This document shows positions 37,596 to 50,010 of a DNA stretch of 64,000 nt, piece after piece. A model generated the notes under the pieces. The model was not told where the DNA came from. It was given only the letters and a program-made list of their open reading frames with translations, and did not search any database. Source of the stretch: Blasia pusilla (Eukaryota). The position numbers were made by a program, and so were the translations under genes. The stretch is taken from NCBI GenBank assembly GCA_050084515.1, contig CM114271.1, positions 42,222,001 through 42,286,000 of the forward strand. Direction: 5' to 3'. Numbering within the stretch: the first letter of the stretch is position 1; every line of letters begins with the position of its first letter.

Positions 37596-38319
37596 GATGT
37601 GCCACTTTGGAGTTCAGGCGGTGCACTACGGCAAGAGGCTGATCGCCTAGTGCAGGAGGCTTGGTGTGAGGCTGTTATACCTCACGAGGAAGAGGAGGCC
37701 CCACGGCGGACTCCTACTTCTGGTTCAGTTGGGTTATCCCCTTTGGATACTAAACCTGGAGGGAATTTGTGTATTAGATCTCTTTGGTGGGATTAGCACT
37801 GGTTTGGCTGCAGTGTTGCAGACCGGTATTCCTGTGTGGAGATACGTGTATGTGGAGCGAGATGAGACAGCCCAGAGAGTCTCATCCTGACATATCGGTC
37901 AGTTGATGTGGAGAGATCCTGAGTTGTTGCCGCCATTAGCTATTCATGGGTACCAGCGTGCTTTGCCGCCACACATTGCATTGTTGGGGGCGCAGGACCT
38001 TGAGAGGGTTGGTCCTGTGGATTTGGTGATTGCTGGATGGTCATGTCAGGGTCATACACGTGTTGGTAATGGTTAGGGATTACACGATCCTAGGTCTCTA
38101 TTATTTTGGGAGATGTTACGGGTGTTACGACATCTTTAGGTTCATCAGGCACGTGCTCTAGCTTACATTTTGGAGAATGTTCCATTATTGGGTGACACTC
38201 GGACCCGGATGATGGCGAGTGTTCATGAGGTGTGGTCCTGGATTGGACCAGTGGTGTTGTTGGATGTAGCGCGAGTTCGTTCGCGTGCACATTGTCCACG
38301 CTTGTGGTGGACAATCTTG
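37596..38319 (+). pseudogene. Second copy (fragment) of the retrotransposon DNMT3-like methyltransferase
   Basis: Reverse-complement homolog of ~2990-3720: ICVLDLFGGISTGLAAVLQTGIPVWRYVYVERD...GPVDLVIAGWSCQGH...YILENVP...RAHCPRLWWT in one frame with several stops. Confidence 0.92.
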
Positions 38320-38709
38320 GAGGTGCGGTAAGAGGAGAGGAAGAGAGGAAGAGAGGAGAGAGGAGAGAGGAAACTACCTTCAACCGAAATAGATACTTTT
38401 TTTTTAAGAGAGTTTCCGTTGGGTTGAAGAGAGGAAACTTTTTGTGTGAATTTTTTTGCACTTTTTTGTTCAGTTATTAAGCAATCCCACAGTTTTTTTT
38501 TTCTCTTCCATATTTTGGCAACCCATCTGAGTCCAACCGGTTGCAAATTGCACAAAGTATACAAAACTGAAAAATGAGTGGAATCATAAGTGTGGAATCA
38601 ATCACTTTTTCCATCCAAGGTCTGGAAACAATCTACCATTTGCCCTGGGCTGAATAGAGTTCAAGCTCAAAGTGAAGGTTCTTGAAAAATGAAAGTAAAA
38701 TCTAAAACC

Positions 38710-41700
38710 TCATTTTGCATCCTCAAAGTGGTTTTTTAAAATACTTCGTACTTCTTTGAGGGACAGAATTGGTTGGTGGATTCCTACTCCTACCTCCGAC
38801 TCTCTTAAAACTACTAGCAATACATAGTACATGTGCTTACAAGGGAAATATCTTTTGCCACTTGTCTCTCTTTGGACAAAGTCATCACATGAACATGTGG
38901 GAAAGAAACAGATGTGCACCACATACACCCCTGTGATACTTGATTTACCGTCTTGTTCCTGACCCAATACATCCTTCCTATTCCATTGCCACTCAAGACA
39001 TCTTTCGTGGCGATGATCTCCATTTTTGCCTCCTGAGCTTATGCAATTTGCTTTGCTCTCTCCACCGTTGGCCTACACATTCTGTTTCTCTTCATCCCAT
39101 TTCTAGACTCAAACAAAAATAGTGGATTGAGATCATCCACCTTCTCCGGGAACATGTTGACATCAATCTTGGGTTGAATACAAAATGCGAAGGTCTCTGT
39201 AATGCGAACATGCTCCAAACTTCCCCTGTCTACGAGTCTGAAACCGGCACTTGTAAGATTGTCCACTTTGTCTTGAGTGCAGTTCGTACCTGCGGCGATG
39301 GGCCAAATCGTGGGGGTATTCCCCGGAGCTCCAATGGCAGCCGGATAAGACTTCCGGAAAGCGCAAGATTCATTTGGGTAGAAGAAGTACTTCACTTGAT
39401 CCCCGGTCCTCGTGAAACGATCAAAGGTTTTGAGACCCCAAAACCCAGGTAGTGGTCGTCCAGTCCTTGTATAGTTCTGATTTAGGAAAGTGCCGCATGC
39501 TCTCCTAATGCCATCAGATCCTGCCCTGCAGGTGGGTCCATGTCCTAGGTTGCTCCGAGATATATGCCACCGTTTTAGGTTGCAATCCACCTCCATTACC
39601 AGAATCCCATATTGTTGAACCACCCCAATGACAGGATGTTGCGAACTTCCAGCAACGGAGGGCTTTTGAAATAAAATATTCACTGATTTTGGAGAAGTAA
39701 CTCCATCACGGATTTGGGACGGGTCCGGGGTCCCCGAATACCTAGGCGGCGTAATTTCCTCATCCAAATCAATCACCGGATTCGTTCCTCGATGCTGCCT
39801 CTTCACCTGCCTGAAGTCAAGATACTTATCTGGTCTCCACGAGTCTCGCTCGAGCTGCTCTACCACCATCTGTATGGGACGTCTTGAAACCCGCCCACGA
39901 ATATCCCCACCAACGTGTACGTCTTGCTCGAGGGGAGTTCTAGCTACGCACCGGTTGAAGGCTTCCACATATATTTTTTCATCACCAGATCTCACAGCCG
40001 CTCTGACATAGAGCTCGTAGATCGACGGCCCCCTTCCTTTTGTTATGCCTTTTGTGAGGAAGATATGGGATAATGAGACTGTAGCGTTGCTCTTGCTTGG
40101 TCTTGTTGGCATGCCTATACAAGTGAAATTTGTTGGCATGCTTGTGACGACCTTCAGGAGGAATGAACACTTTCTGCTCCACTTGTGTTGGGGTAGAGGG
40201 CATTTTCATGAACGTTCAATCCCTACAACGACGGCAATCTTAGAAGGGAACGAAAATAACTCAGCAGTCAAAGACATAAGCTACCGGTCGGAACCAGACG
40301 GGTTGCAAGGCCGAGGAATCCCATGAACGACTCTGCGACCCGTCGGGTCTCGACATGTTGCAACCCTAAACCCACCTACTGCAACCCGTCGGATTCAGAC
40401 GGGTTGCAAGGCCGAGGCATCCCATGAACGACTCTACGACCCGTCGGTTTCCGTCGGGTTGCACACTCGGCCAACCCGTCGCATCCCACAGCTTGCTTGG
40501 TTTTTTCGGTTTGAAATCCCTATAGTTCCCACGCTTCTCAACTTGAGCTGCAACTTTACAAACAATTCTCTGCGTGAGCTTGACAAGACAAAATAGTGAA
40601 CTCACCTGCCGCATGAAGTTTCCCCATTGTCTCATACGCATATCCATTAACTCAACCAAGAACCTGACTCTTTGTACTTCCCTCAATCGCATGCTTCCTC
40701 CACCACCCATGAAGTTCTTCCTGGCATTCCATGGCCTGCTTCAAGGTTTTGTTGTCCTTGCAGCGTTGGAGTAGAGTGACATGCTCTGTCCTCTTATTCT
40801 CCTTGATGCAAGATTTGGTGTACTGGGTCACAGACAGATTTGGTGTACTGGAAAGCATCCGACCTTTCCCTCTCCGGTTGAACCTCTCCACCCCAGAACA
40901 CTTCTCGGATAGCAATCCACCCAGGTTGTGCATTGTCCGCCATGAACCCATAAATTTGGCCTTTTGTTTTCCTTCACCACCTCCAATAAGAGTAACCAAC
41001 ACATCTTCAAACTGCCAACGTCTTCTGCCTTTACTTCATAGAAAAATATAGTTTTTAGTCTCTTCTCCACATGGTCATAAACATGAGCACCCATCGTCAA
41101 CCATCCGTTCAACACTCTGTAACAAATATCAAAGCTTACCCAACTGCCGTAAAGATCTTGCCCTTCCCTCATTCGATCTATAAGATCAAGGCCACTCGAC
41201 GGACCCGTGGTTGACATTTTGAAGACATAGGCCCTGGATCCCTCGCCTCCTTGGCCCATGAACTGCCACCTCTGAATGAATGGAAATGTGGAATTGGCCT
41301 TGATTCTGGCGATGGCATCCATTTCGGCCGTCTTTCCATCCAGAACTCGTATTTGACGCAGCAAATTCCGGAAGCATTCAAGATCAGCGAGAAATGCGAG
41401 ATTTTCCCAAAGTTGTTTCTACTCAGCCGCCGTGATCTCGCCCTGTCCAGGAATTCCAAGCAATTATTCAAAAATTTGTGATGCCGTTGTGAGCTTGATC
41501 ACTCCGGGCTTTGAACCCGGAGAGTTTATGTAGACCTCGGCAACTTTCTTCGCCACATCCTCCTTGATGTGTCTCTGAATTGCATCGGTCACAGGATGAG
41601 TGTGGGAGCCAACATGAACTGCTAGCCTTGTGTACTCTAATGTGGAGCCCAAGTCGTGGACAATGAAAAATATGTATGCAGAACACGCTCCAACGCAGAA

Positions 41701-42441
41701 GGGCGATGCCTGACAATGAGGACATCGATGGCCTCCTGGAGGTATGGTGGCACCGACCTCGTATGGAGTTTCTACATTCTTGGGGGGGAATTGCGACGTA
41801 TTGGCTCGCCCGTTGCGCTCTAGATACGGGCATGCTGGACTTCTACACTCCAAGGCTCCCACACATTGGCGGCTGGAGACAATCCAAGGACCATCTGGAA
41901 TTGAAGCACTAGTCCGTTGAAGCCTGCACCATCGATGATAATCAAACTTTCTATCCATACCCTTCAGGCGTCCTCCGTCTTTCTTTTGAGCAGGAGCAGC
42001 AAGTGGAGGCAACTCAAAAATGCAATTACCATCGTACGTGGGCGGCAGCTCGTTGACAAGAATGTGCTTGAACATTTTCAAGGCCAGAGACGAAAGCAAA
42101 CTATTACCTAATACTCGCAAGAGGAACGAGTAGGCGGACAGAGGGCCCGGTTGGTGTCCGACAGATCCACTGAGGTTGATAACATCCAGAATCTCTTCAG
42201 GAAGAACATTGATACGAGCGTGTGAAGTTGGAGTCGAAGCCGGATGTACTGGGCTAAGAGTTGCAAACGTAGAGCTCGTAGCACTAGGAAATTCTCCATC
42301 GTCTACTTGGGAAACAGACGAATTCAGGGGCAGGCCGTAAACTCTGTATTGACCATTTGCTAGAGGTAGGAGATTCCATACTTTACGGTCTGCAGTCACT
42401 GGCTGGACTGTCTCACCTATTATGTCCTCCGTACCCTCCAC
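38710..42441 (-). mobile_element. Mutator-like (MULE) DDE transposase pseudogene with an N-terminal GCM-like zinc domain and a C-terminal SWIM finger; one 383-nt intron
   Basis: GCM-like region RQCVGALECRSPACP...CPHC...C...VGSHTHP. D1 in WVSFD (41128-41130), D2 in GFMADNA (40935-40937). Intron 40223-40605 (GTGAG...TAG). E in PNTSGAESVHSS (40172-40174). SWIM CSCDDF...PCKHMYYVL (38710-38967). Nonsense and frameshift lesions throughout. Confidence 0.75.
40280..40485. repeat. Cluster of 27-bp palindromes inside the transposase intron
   Basis: Copies at 40280-40306, 40335-40361, 40381-40407 and 40436-40462, plus a half-copy at ~40471, arranged as a 101-bp dimer repeat. Confidence 0.85.
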
Positions 42442-42816
42442 CCTAACATCTTTGGATACAAAGATGGTTCCAATTTGGAGAAGAAATCAAACAGAGAGAA
42501 AATTTTCATCCACTGCTATGAAAGACTCACGAGCTTGCGGTTGAATGATTTCTGATTGAGGAAGGGCCGCCAGATGACTTCCACAAGTGAGCTTCACATA
42601 ATTATCCATTCGCAGAAATTTCGTACGGGAGGAGGGTGAGAATGAGAATTTTTAATTTATAGTGAATAGAAAAATAGATACTCCTGACGGAATTTTACTG
42701 ACAAGATGAAGTTCGGTAGGTGACATTGTCTGACACAATGGATCCAATTCTGTTGCAATGTGTTACCGGATTTGGGAAGCAGAGACGTGGGTTGCGAAGC
42801 ACACTTCATTTTGTTG

Positions 42817-43190
42817 GAACCCGTCGGAGTCTTGGTAACTCAACAATTAACCCAAGCTAAACGAAGCCTACAACCCGTCGGCTTCAGACGGGTTGCACGC
42901 TTCTGCCTTACCTTCAAACGCAAACATGGTTGAAGCTGGCAACCCGTGGCTCTCCGACGAACTGCTCGGATACCGCTCCTTCTTGCCCGAAGATGTCGGA
43001 GGTGTGCAAACCGTCTGTTCCCGACGAGTTCCGCGGGTGCCGCACCTATTTGCCCAAAGACCTGATCAGATACTAAGGGGCATTTCACACGGCGAGTCAT
43101 CGTGAGTCGATACGAGGGAACGAGAGCGAGACGATTCGACCGAACGAGAGCGAGACGGTTCAAGTGAACGATCGCGAGACGATTCGAGCT
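42817..43190. repeat. Intergenic palindrome copies (~68-bp spacing) followed by a 24-bp tandem repeat
   Basis: Palindrome-like copies at 42870-42896, 42939-42965 and 43007-43033, with a half-copy at 42817. A cgattcgaccgaacgagagcgaga-type unit repeats about three times at 43108-43190. Confidence 0.75.
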
Positions 43191-43277
43191 ACCCATCAAG
43201 GTGACTCATCTCGACATCAGAGAGGTGACGGATCAAGTGATTCATCGTGGACATAGGTGGAGGCATTTCCGGGAAAA

Positions 43278-46200
43278 ATGACGAGGAAAAAGTCTCCAGC
43301 AAACAAGTCTGGGAGCTTCACTCCGAAGTCCATTAGGACTCCTGCGTCAGCATCTCCAGGGCCTTGTTCGGCAAATGAAATTAGGCAGCAGGAAATCGAG
43401 GAGCGGGAAAGGGAAGGGGAGATGCACAACCAGGAGCTTCTTGCGAGACGTGTTCAAGAGGCGCTCGATAGACAGAATGCAGAGGCTGAGACGTCGCAAG
43501 CCTTGAAGAAAAGGATCGCCGACGAAAAGAGAGAAAAGAAGTGTCTGGACGCGTCGGTGAGGAGAGCATAATTGGCTAAAGCAAGGAGGGAAAAAGCGAT
43601 AGCCATTGACGACAACCCTGCCCGTCCAACCGAAAGTGTTGAGATGCAGGAAATGTCCCCGATGAAGTCCGGGGACACAATCAACATAGCGAAAACGCCA
43701 AAAGTTCAAATCACGGACGATGAGGTCATAAGGACCGCCAGCGTGGAGATGGTGGACATTGCCGAAGAAGCCGGAGAGCGGTCATTCTCGTCTCCAAGCC
43801 CGGTGGAAGACATCGACCTCTATCGGATTGACGAGTTCCCAATCGATTTGCCAGCTGCTGTCTCAGACAAGTTGGCTGGTCAAGAAACCGACCCAATTTT
43901 CGAGCGGGTAAGAGAGGATCTGGGTTTTTTGAATTATGTGAATTGCAATTCATTGGGAATTCAGTGTAGCTTATTGATCTTGTCCGTTTCTGATAGGTGG
44001 TAAAGCAAATGGCACTGATGGAAGGCCACAACGCCCCGAGGATTCCACTCTGCCGATTGCGGACAATGGAATACGTCCGCAAAATTCAGTCCGACGAGGA
44101 CATCGCGAAGCTTAAACAATCGGCGGCGACAGCATCCTACGTCGACAACTTTCCTCCCTTCTATGTTTAGCCTTACGACGAGTATGGAACCCAAGCCCTG
44201 GTTACGGAGGAGGACTTGGATAAGCTCGACACATTCTGGAGGATGAGAGACTAGGATTTCAGAAGGCAAGTAGAGGGCACGGAATTCAGCTGGATGAGGA
44301 ATCTGTATTTCTTCATCTGGGATGGAAATCACAAGTTCATGGCGTGGACCAAGTTTGCAGAGGAGCGGCCCAACTCCTTGGAGGCACATTTTTGTGTGAA
44401 GGCAGTGGTCCTTCATCCATTCCCTCATCACATGGCGACGGTGGAGATGGCAATGCATGCCATGAACACATAAGTATCTTCTTGCTGCAAACCGTCAGAC
44501 TCCCACAAGTTGTTTGGTTAGGCACTGTTGTTGGGATGCTTTTGGCCAAACGCAACTCGTCGGACTCCGACGAGTTGCTCGATTGATGAATGGGTAAGGT
44601 TATTTTTTGCTGAAAGCAACTTGTCGCATTTCGACGAGTTGTTCGACTGACCACAGGTTTAGTAAGTTTTTGGCCCAAAGCAACCCGTCGGACTCCGACG
44701 GGTTGCTCGTCTCGCCGCCTTTTCAGGATGTTTTTTGAAGAAAGCAACTCGTCGGACTCCGACGAGTTGTTCGACTGACCACAGGTTTAGTATGTTTTTG
44801 GCCCAAAGCAACCCGTCGGACTCCGACGGGTTGCTTGACTCGAAACTATTTGGAGGTTTTTTTTATGTTTTTGGCGGAAAGCAACTCGTCGGAGTCCGAC
44901 GGGTTGTCTTCGGAAGTTGGTTTAGCAAATTTTGCATCAAATTCCAAGTTTCCATTCAATTGCGCAACGTGTCGGACTCCGATGGGTTGCTATGTTCACG
45001 TTTGATACGGAATATCTAACAACTCGTCGGAGTCCGACGGGTTGAAACCAGATATTCACAAATGTGAATGCAATCCGTTGGACTCCGACGGGTTGCATCA
45101 TTTAGCTTGTTGCTAGAATTCGACCTTAAGCTGTGACGACCCGTCGGAGTCCGACGGGTTGCAGGAACCCATGTAACTTACAAATTTTCTGACGGGTTGA
45201 GTTTGGATGTGCAGGATTGTATCAGAGGGGAATGTCACCCACCACTGGATCCAAGACTGCGATTGGGTGAAGAAGGTGCTTACGACGCACCCGGCAGAGT
45301 ACAAGGGGTTCTTGGGCGACGCCCTGGTAAATCAGATGCTTGCAAAGGGTGCAAAGATAAAGAAGAAAACTTGGGCAAATAATTTTATTTCCCAAGATGC
45401 AACCGTAACCATCCTTTGCTGGTCGAAGATACAGGCCGCGAAGAAGAGCCCTGCACTAGAGCTGGAGCGGTGGGAGAAAGTATCTGGGTCTGAGCGTGCG
45501 AAATTCATCCAAGCTGCAGTATCTACAGCCATGAAATACACGGCGAGCAAGATGCAGCGATACATCAGCATTCTCAACCCCGAACTTGGTCCGGAGTTTT
45601 ACAAGGAGCTAAAGGCGATTATCAAGCGCCAGGGGAAAAGGGATGAAGATCCACAAGGTCGGATTGGGGAGAAAGTGTCCCTGGACCGCGTGCATCGGTT
45701 TGCGTTGTCCGGCATAAGCGAGTTTAGGAGGATCCGATTGATGAAAATCAGTCTCGAGGGCACAGAGGCCCAGAAGAGTGCACAGAGGCACACCATCCTC
45801 CACGTGTGTCTGATCCAGTGATCTCCCACTGGCTACCCGAATGGTCGTTCTGGGAGGCATTGCAGGTTATCAGGAAGTCCGTGCTGGACGGTCTGCAAGC
45901 GGAGCTCAAAAGATTAGAGCCCATTCCGGATGAAGCAAACCTGGAAAGTTCTGTAGATTTCGAGGTTTGGCTCGACGACATCCTGGACAAGCCAATCAAA
46001 AACCCAAGATTCAAGACAATGTTCAAGGTTTGCGTCCTCCCTCAGGCAGAGCTTGACGAAGAAATTGAGGGGAACAAACGGGATCAAGCAAAGAAGAAGC
46101 GAGATCTACAAGAGCAAACGGCCGATTCAGTTCGAGTAAACGCTGCCCAACGGATGGTCTTCAGGTACCTTGTCCAGTGTAAGAATGCAGGTACCTAGGG

Positions 46201-46965
46201 AAAATTACCGGCAGCCTTGAAATTGTGGGCTTCGCGGCGTGATGGAGAGACATTCTCCATGTACGACATGGAGATGGGGCAGCACATGTCCAATTGGGAG
46301 GTGGAGAATTGCCCCATTTGGCCTGACTTCAACGACCCTGAAGACATCACCAATAAGGATTTACGAGTGCTTCATGATGCAGTGGCCTCAGGACAAGACA
46401 ACATCCCCAATTTTGTGCAGCCTGAAGACTTCTTCGGAGGAGATGCGGAAGAGCAAGCCCACGAGACAACTGAGTTGGCTTCCAAGGTCCGCACAGCCAA
46501 AGACAAATCCACAGCGGGTCTCAAAGGCAAGGCGAGGGGAGGGAAGAATTCCGAGGCCGAGTCTTCCCAAAGAGAGGCTGAAGATTCAAGGCCAGAGGCG
46601 GAATCGTCCGGGCGAGCGGGGAGAGAGGGTCGGACTAGGTCCTCGGCGAAAAAAACCCCACCAGAGTCTGAGGTCATAGAGACCCCGACAAGCCGTCCGC
46701 AGACTCGGGAGAAGCGGAAGCGAGAGGTGCCAGGGTTGTCCCAAGAAGAATACAATCCATCATCCTTGGGAAGACATAGACAAACAACGACCCGGACAAG
46801 CGTCCTCCTTCAGTTCACTCCTTTACTGGATGAGCTGAAAAGCTTCAGTTCTCAAGCGTCGACACCAGCCATTGATAAATTGACAACGTTGGGACGGAAG
46901 CTCCAACAAAATGGGCACGTTGCTTGGACGGTGAATGGAGTGGTCGGAGAGGTTGCGGTGAAAAC
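43278..46965 (+). pseudogene. Large three-exon gene with a ParB/sulfiredoxin-like domain, decayed and 3'-truncated
   Basis: ATG at 43278; intron 43938-43996. Exon 2 reads RIPLCRLRTMEYVR...YFFIWDGNHKFMAW (motif at ~44318-44347). Intron 44470-45214 has its donor mutated to ATAAGT but is phase-consistent. Long exon 3 corresponds to ORFs 45207, 45806 and 46217. Confidence 0.65.
44487..45199. repeat. Array of 11 full-length 27-bp palindromes (GCAACCCGTCGGA-C/G-TCCGACGGGTTGC) with variable spacers, inside an intron
   Basis: Starts at 44487, 44552, 44616, 44680, 44744, 44808, 44881, 44964, 45019, 45070 and 45136. The first six are 64-65 bp apart (37-38-nt spacers). Confidence 0.95.
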
Positions 46966-46969
46966 CCTT

Positions 46970-47420
46970 AACAAATCGTCGGTAAAAGTTTGCCAATCGT
47001 ATGAATGCACAAACTTGACTCACATCTATAGGACATGGAATGCGTGAGATAGCGTCTCGCTTTGTCTGCTGAACACCAAAGCCACTTGGGTATATTGTAT
47101 GATCCAAATACTCAATCTACTCGTAGAAGAACTTGCACTTGCTTAGATGTAGCCTTAGCCAATGTAACTGCAATCGTTGAAACAACTCCTATAGATGTCG
47201 CTCATGCTCGCTAACGGTGGTGCTAAGGACTGAAATGTCATCAATATAACATCTAGAGAAATCCAGATGATATCCAAATGGTAAGTAACGCCGCTGATAC
47301 AAAAAATCCTTTGTATGAGGAATGATGCCCCAAAATGCCGTCTTTTGCGTACCCTCCAATCTGATAGGTTGGTGATGATGTCTAGTTCAAAGATCCAACA
47401 AACTAAAGACCTTCATCACA
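46970..47420 (-). mobile_element. RT fragment of the same gypsy family as 1-5060
   Basis: HTIYPSGFGVQQTKRDAISRIPCPIDVSQVCAFIRLANFYRRF parallels HVIYPGGLGVQQAKMEAIALIPRPIDVSRVRAFMGLANYYRRY. YIDD and KTAFWG are also present. Confidence 0.88.
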
Positions 47421-48865
47421 AAACTCGGAGTTACTTAAATATTCACCAAATCCATATTAAAAATTTTGAAATGTCGTTAAAATAAAGAAATTGTAACCTT
47501 TTTAAATATAGAGTGAATATTGAGGATAACGATGATAAATTCACATGTCAAATAGATATTATTTCCTATTTATGTACATCAATGCTACTCCTATGCTTAT
47601 TGAGCACCATCAACAACTATGCCTCCTATATTGAAACAATAGATATTTGATATGAATTTGAAGGTGCTGATTTAGTAAAAATTATCTTTTTTTTCATGTC
47701 GATTGGATATTAAATTTATTTTAATTATTTCTATGAGAATAATATATCATTTTCTTCTAGTGGATTTGAAAAAAAAATTGAATTTTTTACCAATTTAATA
47801 TTATTTTGCAAATTTTCATATACAACTACAATAATTTTGGACATAATTTTGCATGATTTGGATTAAAAGAATTAGAAATTTTGTTTTTTTAGGAAATAGA
47901 ATGATTTGTAGTATTGTACTTGGGGAGAGGGCCTAAAGTTTCATAGCTCAAGGTACGCGAGCATATCATATAATACTATTGTGTCGTCCCACGAACGTCA
48001 CAAGGATGCTACCAATTGTGAATTTTCCCCCTTGTTTTCCTTCCTGTGTGGTGGTCTATTTCTTAAGTTTTTTTCTTCTTCTGCCTCTATGTATTCGCTT
48101 CTAAGTTTCCAATCCAGTGTGAAGGCAGATGATGGTGAAATTCTCTAGTTTAATACGTGTAGACTCCGTTAGGATTCATGTCAAGGTCATGATAGCTACC
48201 AATTCGCTGAGTTCTTGGAGATAAGTTATGATTTTCAATTTACTGCTTGATGCATGTATGGTGTTAGGGAAGTGGATTTCTTAATTGATTTTAATTTGGA
48301 TTTTGGCAGTGCTCAAATTCAAAAAAAAGTCATGAAAGTGTTTTGAGATTCAAAAGAACAAGAAACGCAAGGAAGAAGAAGTGTCAAAGCGCTTGAAGGT
48401 TGAAATAGACCAAATCCATCCCATGCGTGCCAAGAAGGCGACACAATCCGGTTAGATTTCTCATTGGGTTGGGAATCAAATAAATAGCCCCTAACATAGG
48501 GATCTATAAAGCCTCAGGCCTCGGGTCTCCATCTTGCTCAAATTTTGGAAATTAAGAAGACTCTCAAGGCATCTTGGAAGGCAATGGAAACATCCCTGTG
48601 AATGACCTCCAAAAAAGATTGAAAATATTTTATAACAGAAGTATAATGCACGTTAAGATTAGCTCTATTGCTTGATCTCTCCCCCTCTCTTTCTGAAGCT
48701 TTTCTGCTAAAGACATTTCTTTGTCACAATCATGAGAAGACCATGATTTTGGGAACAAACTCAAGCAAGTGGGCCGAAAATGAGGAGTTTTATAAGTAGA
48801 AAAGCCATAAGAAGTACTTCCTGCTCCTAGCATGGGGAGAGCTGGGAGGAGGACGTGATAGATAC

Positions 48866-49105
<240 letters not shown>

Positions 49106-50010
49106 CTGATTTCTTGCCTACAAGCTGCACATTAAGAATCTAAGAAGCTAACACATCATGGTTCATCTTGCAAATTGATCTTGTTTTGAGGATTGATTCT
49201 TTTTTGGCTGTGTCCTTGCACGAGGATGAAACCATGCAAACGTTGAGACTGATGGAGGTTGATGTTATTGATTTTTGGTTCTTATAGGATGAAGCGGGGC
49301 TAGAAGTAAGATGATGATATCTTGTAGTGAGGATCTTTGTTTGTGTGCTTTCTTGGTCGCTTCTCTGTATGCTCAACATTATCATGTAGAGTTGGTCAAG
49401 AAAGGGTTGAGAATCTATGGAATGTTAGAAGGCTCGGGGCTTTGGTTTGGAGGCCTATTGTAGTTGATCAAGTGTAGTCAAAACTACATCACTTGTAAGT
49501 AAGATGTTTAGGGAATCTGTGAGGACAAAAGATCGCGATAACTTCTTCACAGACTTGGTCTTTCTTCCCTTCTTATCAACTTGTTGGAAGTCATGCTCGA
49601 GGATCATAACCTCCATCGGGCGGTGAGGTTTCTCTTTTTCTTGAGAACTCAATCTCCGTATTATAGAAAGAGAGTTCTTAAGACATACATATATTTGAAG
49701 GGTCAATGTGAAATTGGTTTGAGATTCAAAAGAACAAGAAATGTAAGGAAGAAGAAGCATCGGAGCCCTTGAAGTCTGAAATAGACCATATGCGTAACCC
49801 GCACTCGAGCCCGCCCCTTGACTCCTTGAGCCCCCCACGCCAGTAGTGGGCACTTGGGCTAGTCGAGACTGCACCAATTTTGTGGTCCACGGAAAGGCTT
49901 GCGCAAGGCCCGTACATATCAGGTTTGGGCCCCCCTTAGGCGAGGTCAGTCCCAAAGCCCAACCTGCGGGCCGCAAGCGCTATTCTTGGGCCCTGAGCAT
50001 GACTTGCGGA

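Noticed and set aside
44487-45199. Bona fide CRISPR array
   Set aside because: Eukaryotic context with no cas genes in the window. Spacers share ends (tcga...tttttggc..aaa), spacing becomes irregular, the array sits in an intron, and the same palindrome is dispersed nearby.
37596-47420. Single DNMT-gypsy element split by insertion of the transposase/ParB module
   Set aside because: The MTase fragment is on + and the RT fragment on -, the intervening pol sequence is missing, and no TSD is seen.
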